Assembly: GCA_951406725.2 (NCBI GenBank) | Contig: OX597823.1 | Span: forward strand, 108,314,001 to 108,378,000 | Source: Octopus vulgaris | Lineage: Eukaryota | Reading direction: 5' to 3' | Length of the DNA stretch: 64,000 nt | In this document: positions 13,885 to 27,275 of the stretch, piece after piece | How positions within the stretch are numbered: position 1 is the stretch's first letter | How the letters are laid out: each line of letters begins with the position of its first letter | The notes under the pieces: model-generated | Told to the model about the DNA's origin: nothing | What the model saw: the letters and a program-made list of their open reading frames with translations, nothing else | Database searches by the model: none | Position numbers and translations under genes: made by a program

Positions 13885-14085
13885 AGCAGTGAGCTGGCAG
13901 AACTACTAGCATGCTGGGCAGCATTTTGTTCATCCTTACATTTTGAGTTCAAATTCCGCCAAGGTCGACTTTGCTTTTCATCCTTTCAAGGTCGATAAAA
14001 TAAATACCAGTTGTGCACTGAGGTCAATGTAATCAACTTACTCCTCACCAAAATTGCTGGCCTTGTGCCAAATATCGAAACCAAT
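13885..14085 (+). mobile_element. SINE family B
   Basis: GAGCTGGCAGAA..TAGCATGCTGGGC..GAGTTCAAATTCCGCCAAGGTCGACTTTGCTTTTCATCCTTTCAAGGTCGATAAAATAAATACCAG. Confidence 0.8.
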
Positions 14086-14104
14086 ATTGATTCGCAAATC
14101 AAAG

Positions 14105-14196
14105 TGATAAGCTGGCAGAATCGTTAGCATAATGTGCCAAGAACCTTATTGGAATTTCATCTGTCCTTACATTCTGGGTTCCATTTCTGCCATGAC
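14105..14196 (+). mobile_element. SINE family B head fragment
   Basis: AAGCTGGCAGAATCGTTAGCA...TTACATTCTGGGTTC, truncated. Confidence 0.6.
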
Positions 14197-14600
14197 TGAC
14201 ATTGCAGGATTCAGTAGTACAAACTTGGTAGGGTTTGTTGTTACTTTGGTATGGTTGTGCATGTGAGAGTATTTTCCAGTTCATGCTAAACAGAGAATTT
14301 CAGGGGTTTTAATGTCCATATATGTTTGGATAGTGATGTATCTTTTTCCTGCTTAGGTTGTGAAAAGGATACATATGTTGGTTGTATTATGTTTTGAACT
14401 GCTTTGCTGTAGATCTGGTTTGCCCTACATGTAAAGTATGCAGATATAATAGTTGGTGTCATTTTTATCGTTGCCATTACACTATATACGATATTCCTTG
14501 AGAGACAGATTTCTCCTAGTGTGCAGGATAAAGGGGTTCTACATGTACAATTGTTATAATATAAGTTTTCTTTTAGACAATTTTTGGTGGCTGTAATTGA
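14197..14600 (-). pseudogene. Penelope-like (Neptune-type) GIY-YIG endonuclease remnant
   Basis: Minus-strand frames give CTCRTPLSCTLGEICLSRNIVYSV, TSLSKHIWTLK and WKILSHAQPY..VC, matching the Cys-rich linker, IVY motif and C-terminal motifs of Neptune PLE endonucleases; frameshifted. Confidence 0.75.
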
Positions 14601-14614
14601 CAAACCTACATACA

Positions 14615-14650
<36 letters not shown>

Positions 14651-14681
14651 AATATATATATATATATATCATGTGACAAAA

Positions 14682-15076
14682 GCACAGGAGTGGCTGTGTG
14701 GTAAGTAGCTTGCTTACCAACCACATGTTTCTGGGTTTAGTCCCACTGCATGAGACCTTGGGCAAGTGTCTTCTACTATAATCTCACTCTGACCAAAGCC
14801 TTGTGAGTGGATTTGGTAGATGGAAACTGAAAGAAGCCCCTCGTATATATGTATATGTGTGTGTGTGTGTATTTGTGTGTCTGTGTTTGTCCCCCAACAT
14901 CACTTGACAACCAATGCTGGTGTGTTTACATCCCCGTGACTTAGCAGTTCAGCAAAAGAAACTGATAGAATAAGTACTAAGCTTACAAAGAGTAAGTCCT
15001 GGGGTCAATTTGCTCGACTAAAAGTGATGCTTCAGCATGGCCATAGTCAAATGACTGAAACAAGTAAAAGAGTAAA
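14682..15076 (+). mobile_element. SINE family A, full length
   Basis: Head GCACAGGAGTGGCTGTGTGGTAAG to tail GAAACAAGTAAAAGAGTAAA. Confidence 0.92.
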
Positions 15077-15220
15077 TGTATATATTTATATACACATATA
15101 CATGCATACTTACATAAATACATACATAAATACATACATACATACACACATACATACGTACATGCATACATACAGATTATTGAAGGTTAGCTTTACAAAT
15201 TGCATTACCTATGGAACGCC

Positions 15221-15293
15221 CACACTGACGAGCCTACGGACAATGGATTACGTAAGTGATTCATTCGTTAATAGGCGAAACCGCCGGTCTGTG
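15221..15293 (+). ncRNA. Type I hammerhead ribozyme with long GNRA-capped stem II
   Basis: caca-CTGACGA-gccta[..aatggattac-GTAA-gtgattcatt..]taggc-GAAAC-c-gcc-g-GTC-tgtg. All core nucleotides present; predicted cleavage after C15289. Confidence 0.85.
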
Positions 15294-15580
15294 AGTAATT
15301 CAGATTTTTTATTTAATTTTCATCTGTCTTGCCTGCATTTTCGTTCTGGTGTCCGCTGAATTTTCCTCTAGAGAACATTCTTTTCTTTGTAGTTTGATCG
15401 TAGGTGATCTACTTCTAGCATATGCCCGACCACATAGTGGCTTGCCCTCCAAATATACACATGTCTTAGAATTTTCTCTGATTTTTCAGATTTTTGTATG
15501 CTAGGCTACTGGTTTTAAATTGATGTTAATTACATTAATATTCAATTTATCTCCCTCATTATTTAAATTATATATATATA

Positions 15581-15995
15581 GGTGCGGGATTGGCTGTGTG
15601 GTAAGTAGCTCATTTACCAACCGCATGGTTGCGGGTTCAGTCCCCCTGCATGGCATCTTGGGCAAGTGTCTTCTGCTATAGCCCCGGGCCGACCAATGCC
15701 TTGTGAGTGGATTTGGTAGATGGAAACTGAAAGAAGCCTGTTGTATATATGTATATATACATATATATGTGTGTGTGTGTGTGTGTTTGTGTGTCTGTGT
15801 TTGTCCCCCTAGCATTGCTTGACAACCGATGCTGGTGTGTTTTACGTCCCCGTCATTAGCGGTTCAGCAAAAGAGACCAATAGAATAGGTACTGGGCTTA
15901 CAAAGAATAAGTCCCGGGGTCGATTTGCTTGACTATAGGCGGTGCTCCAGCATGGCCGCAGTCAAATGACTGAAACAAGTAAAAGAGCAAAAGAG
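15581..15995 (+). mobile_element. SINE family A, full length
   Basis: Head to tail intact; inserted in a (TA)n context. Confidence 0.92.
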
Positions 15996-16194
15996 TATAT
16001 ATATATATATATTTACAGACACACAACAAGCATTTTCATCTACCAGATGTTCTCACAGGGATTTTGTCAGCCCAGGTCACAAATAGAAGACACAAGAAGA
16101 TGCCGAGGTGCTACGCTCTGAAACTGAATCCAAAAATAGGTGGTTGGGGAAGGGAACTTCTTGATCACACAGTCTTGCCTGCACCAATATGATC

Positions 16195-16720
16195 ATACAC
16201 ATACGCACACACATACATAATACATACATATACACACATACATGCATACTTACATAAATACAAACATAAACACATACATACACACACACACATACATAAT
16301 ACATACATGTACACACATACATGCATACTTACATAAATACATACATACATACATGCAGACATACATATATACATACATACATACATACATACATACACAT
16401 ACATATATACATGCGGACATACATATATACATACATACATACACACATACACACATACATGCAAACATACATATATACATACATACATACATACATACAT
16501 ACATAAATACATACATACACACACATACATACGTACATGCATACATACATGCAGACATACATACATATATACATACATACATATACATGCATACATACAT
16601 ACATACACAAACACATACATACGTACATGCATACATACATACACATATACATACTTACATACATACATACACACATACATACTTACATACATACACATCT
16701 ACATACATACACACATACAT
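16195..16720. repeat. (ATAC)n degenerate tetranucleotide microsatellite
   Basis: Direct repeat. Confidence 0.9.
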
Positions 16721-17400
16721 AGTGAAGATCTGTTTGTCGGTCACCTTTATCACAATAGTATTGAAATATAATACATTATTTTTTACATTTTTAGATCTGA
16801 TAATAACGAATAAAGAATAAAGATCTAAATTGTGAGCCAATTTCCAGTTGCAGGAGAGCAAGATCAGACAGAGGATTTGTAGATGACTACACATTTATAT
16901 TAGGAGCAAAAGAGATGTGAAGATAACACAAGAGAACTGCAGTACTCTGTCTAGGTTCTTTTGTGGAATTCAAATGAACGATATATATATATATGAGTCT
17001 AGAAATGGATCCAAAGTTCTGTTTTAACGAGAAAATCATTTCAGTTTGAAGTTAAAACTGTATGATTAGAAAATCTTAAACAGCAGGTTTTCTAATACAA
17101 AGTCAAATATAATATATGACTGAAATTTATTTGGTTTTTAGTGAAAAATCTACCAATAATTGGAACCAGAATGTTGTCTCTTAGTTCGATTAAAAACGTA
17201 GTATCTGTTTTTGCAGTTATTTGTTTGTAAAATAAAGAACAATGCATAGAATTAGTTAACTGTGCATAATGATAGCACAATGTTAAGATTTGGTTGTAGG
17301 AAACCTACTTTTGTTTATTAGGTTTTGTAATGATTCACCAAAGAATCCAGGTATCCCTTGGTCACTCTAGGTCATCTGATTTCCTTCATATTATTTAATG

Positions 17401-17759
17401 ATTCTGTTGTTTCTGGGGAGAGTCATTTTCTTTTTGTGCCTTATAATATAATAATAATGTTCGTCCTTCGGTTCGAAGATGACCAACTGACATCATCTGA
17501 TGGAACTGCCGCCATGAGACCGGAGGTGGCTGGTGAGGCCAATCCGGGCAAGGAAGCCCCTCCCACAGGTGGGGCAGAAGTGGGTAGGGGCAGTGCTACT
17601 GGTGCAGGCGGCTCTGACTTTCACACTCACTGGTAAAATTTCCACTTATTTCTTATTTTTATTTTCCTAAAATTTTCGTTGTGTCTTGCAACCTTTTCAA
17701 TAGATTTAACTCTCAAAAGGCACAAAAAGAAAATGACTCTCCCCAGACACAACAGAATA
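17401..17759. repeat. 42-bp inverted repeat pair (17401-17442 / 17718-17759), probably inverted element ends
   Basis: ATTCTGTTGTTTCTGGGGAGAGTCATTTTCTTTTTGTGCCTT vs AAGGCACAAAAAGAAAATGACTCTCCCCAGACACAACAGAAT, 1 mismatch. Confidence 0.85.
17446..17615 (-). mobile_element. Short GC-rich LINE (RTE-like) 3' fragment nested inside the inverted repeat
   Basis: (TAA)n tail followed by GTTCGTCCTTCGGTTCGAAGATGAC, similar to the terminus at 34668; abrupt GC shift. Confidence 0.45.
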
Positions 17760-18133
17760 TGCTTCAACACACGAACTCATATAAAGAATCTTGCAAACCA
17801 AATCCCAAAACGAAATATTTAATGATTGTTTACCCATACTGGAAAATGCTGGATAAGCCTGTCATACAGCCTATCACCATACAACTGTATTCCCCGAAAT
17901 CCTGCTATTTCTTTCCATATCTTCCATGATCTGTATCTGCTATGGTGCTGTTAGTATATACTTTTTCATCCAACAATAATTGTCCATGCCTCTTCTAACA
18001 CCTATCACCTGTGTCCTTTAATACCCATTTACTACTTACATTTTAAAATCAAACTCTACCTTTCAAGCTCTCATATATTTGCAACATCCTTATGCAGCCA
18101 TTCTATGCAGTCTCACTAAACAGTGTCACCATC

Positions 18134-18229
18134 CTGTGTCACTGTGCAGGCACATGCTGTGTCACTGTGCAGGCACATGCTGTGTCACTGTGCAGGCACA
18201 TGCTGTGTCACTGTACAGGCACATGCTGT
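18134..18229. repeat. 23-bp minisatellite x4
   Basis: CTGTGTCACTGTGCAGGCACATG tandem copies, one mismatch. Confidence 0.95.
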
Positions 18230-18407
18230 AACTTTTCAATGCAGCCTCACTCCTGATCTTCATTATACAGTCGGCCATGTGTTGACCACTCAAACCTTTC
18301 TTTTAGCTTCAATGTCCAAGATTATTGTTCACAAATGTATTCTTCAAAAATATATTATACTTTTAATAACTATTTCTGTAGCAGAAATGCTGTAAACACT
18401 ATTTTGG

Positions 18408-18472
<65 letters not shown>

Positions 18473-18918
18473 TTAACGTCCACCTTCCATGCTAGCATGG
18501 GTTGGACGATTTGACTGAGGTCTGGCGAACCAGTCTCCAATCTTGATCTGGCAGAGTTTCTACAACTGGATGCCCTTCCTAATGCCAACCACTCCGAGAG
18601 TGTAGTGGGTGCTTTTACGTGCCACCAGCACGAGGGCCAGTCAGGCGGTACTGGCAACGATCACGCTCAAATGGTCCTTTTTATGTACCACCTGCAAAGG
18701 AGCCACTCCAGCGGCACTGGCAACAATCTCGCTCGAATGCTGTTTCATGTGCCACCAGTACAAGTGCTAGTAAGGCGATGCAGGTTACGATCAAGCTCAG
18801 AGGCCAGCTTGTTACTCTGGCAACGATCTCACTCATGTGGTACTCTTAGTGCTCCATTAGCATCGGATGCCAGTCACCGAGTTTGATTTTGATTTCGATT
18901 TCACTTGCCTCAACAGGA
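18408..18918 (-). mobile_element. RTE-LINE 3' tail copy (family C) with internal repeats and (CAT)n tail
   Basis: (CAT)n-TTAACGTCC..CCATGCTAGCATGGGTTGG..GGATGCCCTTCCTAATGCCAACCAC, plus repeated TTTTA(C/T)GT(G/A)CCACC units. Confidence 0.85.
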
Positions 18919-19092
18919 TATGCAATATAAATAGTAAAACTATAGTGTACATACCATATATACACAATAACATTATACATACATACAAAAGATGTACAAT
19001 AAGAATACAATACAAATGCCACATAATACAATAATTACAGAAGACAAACGGTAGACATGCAGAAGACATATGATAGACATACAATGGATACA

Positions 19093-19340
19093 AGGTGGCG
19101 AGCTGGCAGAAACGTTAGCGTGCTGGGCGAAATGCTTAGCAGTATTTCGTCTGTCGTTACATTCTGAGTTCAAATTCCAAAGAGGTTGACTTTGCTGTTC
19201 ATCCTTTCGGGGTTGATAAATTAAGTACTAGTTTCACACTGGGGTCGATGTGATCGACTTAATCCCTTTGTCTGTCCTTGTTTGTCCCCTCTATGTTTAG
19301 CCCCTTGTGAGCAATAAAGAAATATATATATATAATAGAA
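19093..19340 (+). mobile_element. SINE family B, full length, with TSD
   Basis: GGTGGCGAGCTGGCAGAAACGTTAGC head and GAGTTCAAATTCC box B. Central CATCCTTTCGGGGTTGATAAATTAAGTAC resembles the Meta/MESC SINE domain. 14-bp duplication ATACAATGGATACA at 19079-19092 and 19341-19354. Confidence 0.9.
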
Positions 19341-19604
19341 ATACAATGGATACATACACAACAGAGCTTCCATAGATACACAGCAGACATGCGATAGACA
19401 TACAGTAGAAAAACAGTAGAAATACAATAGATATGTAGTGGAAATATAGTAGATGCACAGCAGGACTACACTGGACAGGCAGTGGACACACAATATTGCT
19501 ATCAGAAATTAATTTGTTAATTTTGTAAGCAGTTTAATAAAATATTTGTTCAAAAATTAGCTTTTTTGAAATAATTTCTGTGATTCTCAAACCACCATTC
19601 TCAT

Positions 19605-19828
19605 GGCGAGCTGGCAAAACCATTAGCACGCCAGGCGAAATGCGTAGCCGTATTTCGTCTGCCGTCTGAGTTCAAATTCTGCCGAGGTCGACTTTGCCTT
19701 TCATCCTTTTGGGGTCGATAAATTAAGTACCAGTTATGCACTGGGGGTCGATGTAATCAACTTAATTCGTTTGTCTGTCCTTGTTTGTCCTCTCTGTGTT
19801 TAGCCCCTTGTGGGTAATAAAGAAACAT
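19605..19828 (+). mobile_element. SINE family B
   Basis: Closely similar to 19093-19324. Confidence 0.9.
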
Positions 19829-20297
19829 ATGGTGTGAGCTGTCTTGCCTGGTTTAAGGAAATCAGAGTTTTTTAACACTTGTTGTCTTTGAACCTTCCCC
19901 TGACCCTTTTCTGCAGCTTGTGTGTTCATAAACAAAACATATACATTAAGTGACATTGGTAATTTTACATTATCATACTGGCTCATAATTCAAAACTTAA
20001 TTTTGTTTTACTTGTGCAGCACTGTTACATATCAGTGGATAGACTCTACACTATTTGATTAACAATTCCAATTCATTTTGAAGTGATTTGAATATGCAAT
20101 GCCAATGAGCTGAAATAATGGTGAAATATCAATATCCATCATCTATGAGTTGTCTCACCTGATCTGAGCTATTCAGTGTTTATTAACACCTGAGCATCTT
20201 TAAGGGACTTTGCCCTGATGCAATCCTGCCACTAATTACTATATAAACCAAGCACACACATTAAATATGTGACTTCTATCTATCTATATGTGCATAT

Positions 20298-20351
<54 letters not shown>

Positions 20352-20391
20352 AGAAGAATGTGCATTGTCCATTTAATTGGAAAATTCTATA

Positions 20392-20479
20392 AGTGGCTGA
20401 AGATTGCTCGACATTTTAAAACTGATGTAATACTTACAGTGTTTTATAAAATGAAGTAGCATGAAACAATTGTACTACT
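20392..20479 (+). ncRNA. Type I hammerhead ribozyme candidate (CUGAAGA core, long stem II)
   Basis: agtgg-CTGAAGA-ttgct..cattttaaaac..tgtaa-tac-ttaca..gtttta-taaaatg..agcat-GAAAC-aatt-GTA-ctact. Stem I is agtgg/ctact. Lies in a ~160-bp island between two (TA)n runs. Confidence 0.65.
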
Positions 20480-20507
20480 CTACCTTGGATATACTTGTTA
20501 CTTATTT

Positions 20508-20572
<65 letters not shown>

Positions 20573-20966
20573 TCAGGATCAATTTTCTTCACCAATTCGG
20601 TCACTGGGTCACCCAGTTGTTCAGTATTGATCTTTCTTATCACCAGAAGGAAGCTATGTCTTTTGGACTCACTAATGACTATGTGGAGAATGATATATAT
20701 TTATATTTGGGTTATCAGTTAAATTCAGTTTTTGTTTTTTCCTTATTTTAAACATCCAGTGTTATTTCAATTAACAATGAAAGTATTTATTATTGTAGTG
20801 TTTTGCTTTTGTAGGTCTACTTTTTCTCTATAATTTTGTTTTTTGTTCTCTGAAATTTAAATAAATTTCACCTCTTTTCAGATATAGGACAATGGAGTTT
20901 CAAGTAGAAAAAAACAAAAGCAACTGAATTTATCAGACAACCCTCGACGTATACATACATTTATAT

Positions 20967-21270
20967 TTGTTTGTTCCTTCTCGAGCCATGCCTGGCTCAT
21001 AAGGGCCGGTTTCCCAGTTTTCGTGGCATATAGGTTCCCTACTTAGATGGGACACCGGTCCGTCGCAGGTGAGCTGCAAGATGCAGGAGAAAAGAGTGAA
21101 GGAAAGTTGTGGCAAAGGAGTCAGCAGAAGTTTGCCATTACCTTCTGCCGGAGCTGCGTGGAGCTTAGGTGTTTTGCTCATAAACATACACAATACCCGA
21201 TCTGAGATTTGAATCCGTGATCCCTCGACTACGAGTCAACTGCTCTAACCATTAGGCCATGTTCCTCCAC
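20967..21270 (-). mobile_element. SINE family D (tRNA-derived), full length, with TSD
   Basis: Minus-strand head GTGGAGGAACATGGCCTAATGGTTAGAGCAG...GGATTCAAATCTC. 12-bp TSD ATACATTTATAT at 20955-20966 and 21271-21282. Homologous to 56526-56830. Confidence 0.9.
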
Positions 21271-21599
21271 ATACATTTATATACATACATGTGTGTGTGT
21301 GGAAGGGAATATTGAAGCAGAAGTAACACTCGACCACTTGACACATACAGTTGAAGTTGTATTTACTGAGTAATAGGTTGACTTAATTTCCCATGTTAGT
21401 TAAAGTTCATGGACATGAAAGTACACTCACCTCTTCAGACTGAAAAGTAGAGAAAAGATAAAATGGTTTCCTCTTATTTGTATAAGTAGTACGATTTTCC
21501 TGTGGCACAACTCACAGATGAAGAATAAACATTTTTTATGAAAAGACAACCGCTATTGACGAATATGGAAGAACCATCAAGGAAGCTCTGTTGACATGG

Positions 21600-22645
21600 T
21601 TCATCAAATATATATACTGAGAAGGATACTTGTTTGTCTAATAGAACGTCCTTAGATAAAGTCAGCTTCAGATCATCAAAATGTCCTTTCCAGATGAAAG
21701 ACCTTGAAAATGTTGAAGCGGACTTGATGGACATCATCAAAAAAGATTAAGCTCCAGCATCACCCCTAACTCCTTTAATTACACTTTAAACAATTACACG
21801 GCATGCTTTAAATGACCATCCAATGCTCGAACTCCCACTGACAAAACGAGGGACATTTAAGAAACAAATATCTCCTCATACAAGAGACTCCTTTAAAATG
21901 CCATCATCAAACCATACAATAAAATAAAACTTGCATCTCCACCTAAGGACATAAACACTGAAGGAGTTAGTCGCATCATCTATGTTAGAAAATCATGTGG
22001 ATCATCTCACCATGCCACAAACCCAACTTCCTCTCTAACCCTAAATGTTTAACGTCCACTTTCCATGCTAGCATGGGTTGGACGAATTGACTGAGGTCTG
22101 GTGAACCAGATGGCTGCACCAGACTCCAATCTCATCTGGCAGAGTTTCTACAGCTGGATGCCCTTCTTAACACCAAGCACATATATTTTGTCTAAGAACA
22201 AGATAGGCATTGTAAGGAAATGCATTCTCAATGCTATCAACCCTGTTATAATAAGGGCTACAGGAGCAGACACAAAGAGATTGCATGACCACTGTAGGGT
22301 CAAATGATTCTCTGTATCAAAAAGAAATAGCCAGCAAATTTATTCAGTTTGATATTCTATTCTATAATTCAGAAATCTCTCTCCTTGAAGGCCCGACACT
22401 TTGCTAAGCAATATTCCACAATTGGTGACCTCAACATAAGAATCATTATGAATGCCGTAACCCACAATTTGACATATCTATTGGGAGCTATTATGGTCAT
22501 CATCAAAATGTCCATCCTGAAAACTTACAACCTCACACCCACAGTCCAGCTCTATACAATGATGATGGCTTAGCCATATTATAGATAAATTCAGGAAGAA
22601 TCTTAATAACAACTTTAAAGAGTTTAGCCTGTCCATAACTATGGA
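21600..22645 (+). pseudogene. Penelope-like (Neptune-type) reverse transcriptase remnant
   Basis: Fragmented frames: [78 protein letters not shown] (cf. GLYRDDGL), FKEFSLSIT. Interrupted by a family C tail at 22047. Confidence 0.75.
22047..22176 (-). mobile_element. RTE 3' tail copy (family C) nested in the PLE
   Basis: GTTTAACGTCCACTTTCCATGCTAGCATGGGTTGG...GGATGCCCTTCTTAACACCAA. Confidence 0.85.
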
Positions 22646-22748
22646 TGGAAGGTTAAAACTTTCAAAGAGGAACCACAGAATAGTGAAATGTATTTTATGT
22701 AAAAACCTTCAAACACTCTCTGATGACTCTATCTATCTATCTACATAC

Positions 22749-22851
<103 letters not shown>

Positions 22852-22915
22852 CGTGTGTGTGTATATATACATACATACATACATATATATATGTATATAC
22901 ATGCATATACATATG

Positions 22916-22972
<57 letters not shown>

Positions 22973-23249
22973 ATATGTGTATATGCGTACCTTTGTCTAG
23001 ACATCGTGTTATTTTCTCATTGCTAGAAATTTTCTCCAATGAAGAGCATGTCTAGCAATGGGAAAATGTTACCATGCTTGGAAACAGTTACAATTTGTCG
23101 ATACACACACGCGCACACGAGTGCACACACACACACACACATGCACACAGAAACACTTACGCGCGCACACACACACACACAAGTATATATATAAATTTCT
23201 ATACCCAGCTGCTTTCGCAAGCTTATTTGTTTATATATGCATATATATA

Positions 23250-23658
23250 GGCGCAAGAGTGGCTGTGTGGTAAGTAGCTTGCTAACCAACCACATGGTTC
23301 CGGGTTCAGTCCCACTGCGTGGCATCTTGGGCAAGTGTCTTCTGCTATAGCCCCGGGCCGACCAATGCCTTGTGAGTGGATTTGGTAGACAGAAACTGAA
23401 AGAAGCCTGTCGTATATATGTGTATATATATAAGTGTGTGTGTGTGTTTGTGTGTCTGTGTTTGTCCCCCTAGCATTGCTTGACAACCGATGCTGGTGTG
23501 TTTACATCCTCGTTACCTAGCAGTTCAGCAAAAGAGACCGATAAAATAAGTACTGGGCTTACAATGAATAAGTCCCGGGGTTGATTTGCTCGACTAAAGG
23601 TGGTGCTCCAGCATGGCCGCAGTCAAATGACTGAAACAAGTAAAAGAGAGTAAAAGAG
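23250..23658 (+). mobile_element. SINE family A, full length
   Basis: Head GGCGCAAGAGTGGCTGTGTGG to tail AAGTAAAAGAGAGTAAAAGAG. Confidence 0.92.
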
Positions 23659-23999
23659 AATATCATGCATAATTTGAATTAAAAACTGGGCAAACATTTA
23701 TACACACACATATGCACTAACGAGCACTCTCGTACACTCCATAAACCTACATGTGAGTATGCGTGAATATATATTGCATGATACAAAGGATAAGAATGAC
23801 TAAAAGAAAACTGAATACATATTTTAATGTTCTACCATACACACATGCGCACATGCAGACACACACACACACACACGAACACCCACATGCACGCACGCAC
23901 GCACACACACACGCACACACATACATCAAATAAGCTGATATCTTCATTAATTCTTCATCTGAGCTTCATCTACCCTGTCTTTGAATGAAAGTAAAGAAT

Positions 24000-25310
<1,311 letters not shown>

Positions 25311-25354
25311 TTTGTATTGATATTTTTATCATTAATTATGCATTTTTTATATTG

Positions 25355-25815
25355 TCATTGATTATCTTCATCATTCTCACCATGATCATCATCACCATGA
25401 TCATCATAATCATCATCATCATCATCATCATCATCATAATCATCATCATCATCATTTTTATTATCATTATCATTATCACATATGTTATAGTTGTTGTTGT
25501 TGTTGTTGTTCCTTTTAATATTATTATCATGATTTCATAATGCAGAGCTTGGGGCCACAGACACAACTCCATTTTATGTTATTGTCCATAATCATCACTA
25601 GTTCCATGGCCCGGTGATGCGAGGTGTCATTGGTAAAAATTACAGTAGCAGTAACTGTAGCGGTGGTGGTGGTGGTAGTGGCGGCGGCGACGGTAGTGGT
25701 GGTGGTAGTGGTGGTGGTGGTGGTGGTGGTGGTGGTTGTGGTGGTGGTGGTGGTGGTGGTAGTGGTGGTGGTGGTGGTAGTGATAGTGGGTGTGGTGGTG
25801 GTGGTGGTGGTGGGA
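25355..25815. repeat. (CAT)n and (GGT)n microsatellites
   Basis: Direct trinucleotide repeats. Confidence 0.9.
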
Positions 25816-26192
25816 ATGTTAATGATGTGATGTTAGTGTTATTAATAGTGGTACTGATATTTCTCATATGAGCGGGGGTAGTCATGTAAGGGTTGGTGGT
25901 GACTGCGGTGTTTCTGGGACAATGGAATTTATTGTATTTATCTCCCTTGTCTGATTGATCTAAAACAAAACGTTTTCCATCCTGCCTTTATATACATGCA
26001 TGCACATATATACACACATTTACACACATATACATCGATATACACATATATTTACATACATATATGTATTCTTGCACGTGTGTGTGTGTGTGTGTGTGCA
26101 CATGTGTGTGCGTGCGTGCATGTGTGTTCTTTTATGTGTTTCATCTCAACCAGCGGCCTTGCTAGGACTACCAGTAAAATGTATATATATAC

Positions 26193-26235
<43 letters not shown>

Positions 26236-26313
26236 CGGGATCAGCCATCTGAATGTGGCTAGGGACAGGGCGGGTTGGTGGGGGTGTTACTGATGCATTT
26301 ATTTTATTATATA

Positions 26314-26502
<189 letters not shown>

Positions 26503-26797
26503 GCTGACAATAAACATAGGATAATTCATTCACCTACTTAAATATATATATATATATGTATATATCTATATATACATGTATGTATATATACATATACCCA
26601 TACATATACATATATATATATGTACACACATGTATATATACATATATACACATGAGTATGCTCTCACACAACAATTCACACATGTATATACATACATGTA
26701 TATATCAAAGTGTGACATAGAGAAATAGAGAGAGAAAAAGAGAGTATGAAGGAAAGAAAGAGAAAGAGAGAGGAGAGAGAGGGACAGACAGAGTGAC

Positions 26798-26829
<32 letters not shown>

Positions 26830-27003
26830 AAGCAAGAAATGGTAAACAAGTAAATGTTGATGACAAAAAAAGAAGAAAAAACAAAAAGATATTTGAGTTA
26901 GAAGAGAGGGAAGTGGGTGGCGAGTGGGTGGTGAGTGGGGTGGTCAAAGAAATAAATAAAACAATCACAGTAAAACTAGAAATGCAATATTTGATTATGT
27001 CCC

Positions 27004-27070
<67 letters not shown>

Positions 27071-27275
27071 CATGCCATGTAATGTACGGGTATGTGTGTA
27101 TGTCTGTTTAAATACAGACATACACACAAACATACATATATGCATACATACATATATATATATATATACATACACATATATATTATATATGCTTATACAC
27201 ACACATACACATGCACACATACACACACACACACATATATAATATTTTGTACACACACACATGCACACAAACGTA

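Noticed and set aside
18134-18229. 23-bp repeats as a CRISPR-like array
   Set aside because: Head-to-tail tandem with no spacers; eukaryotic context, no cas genes.
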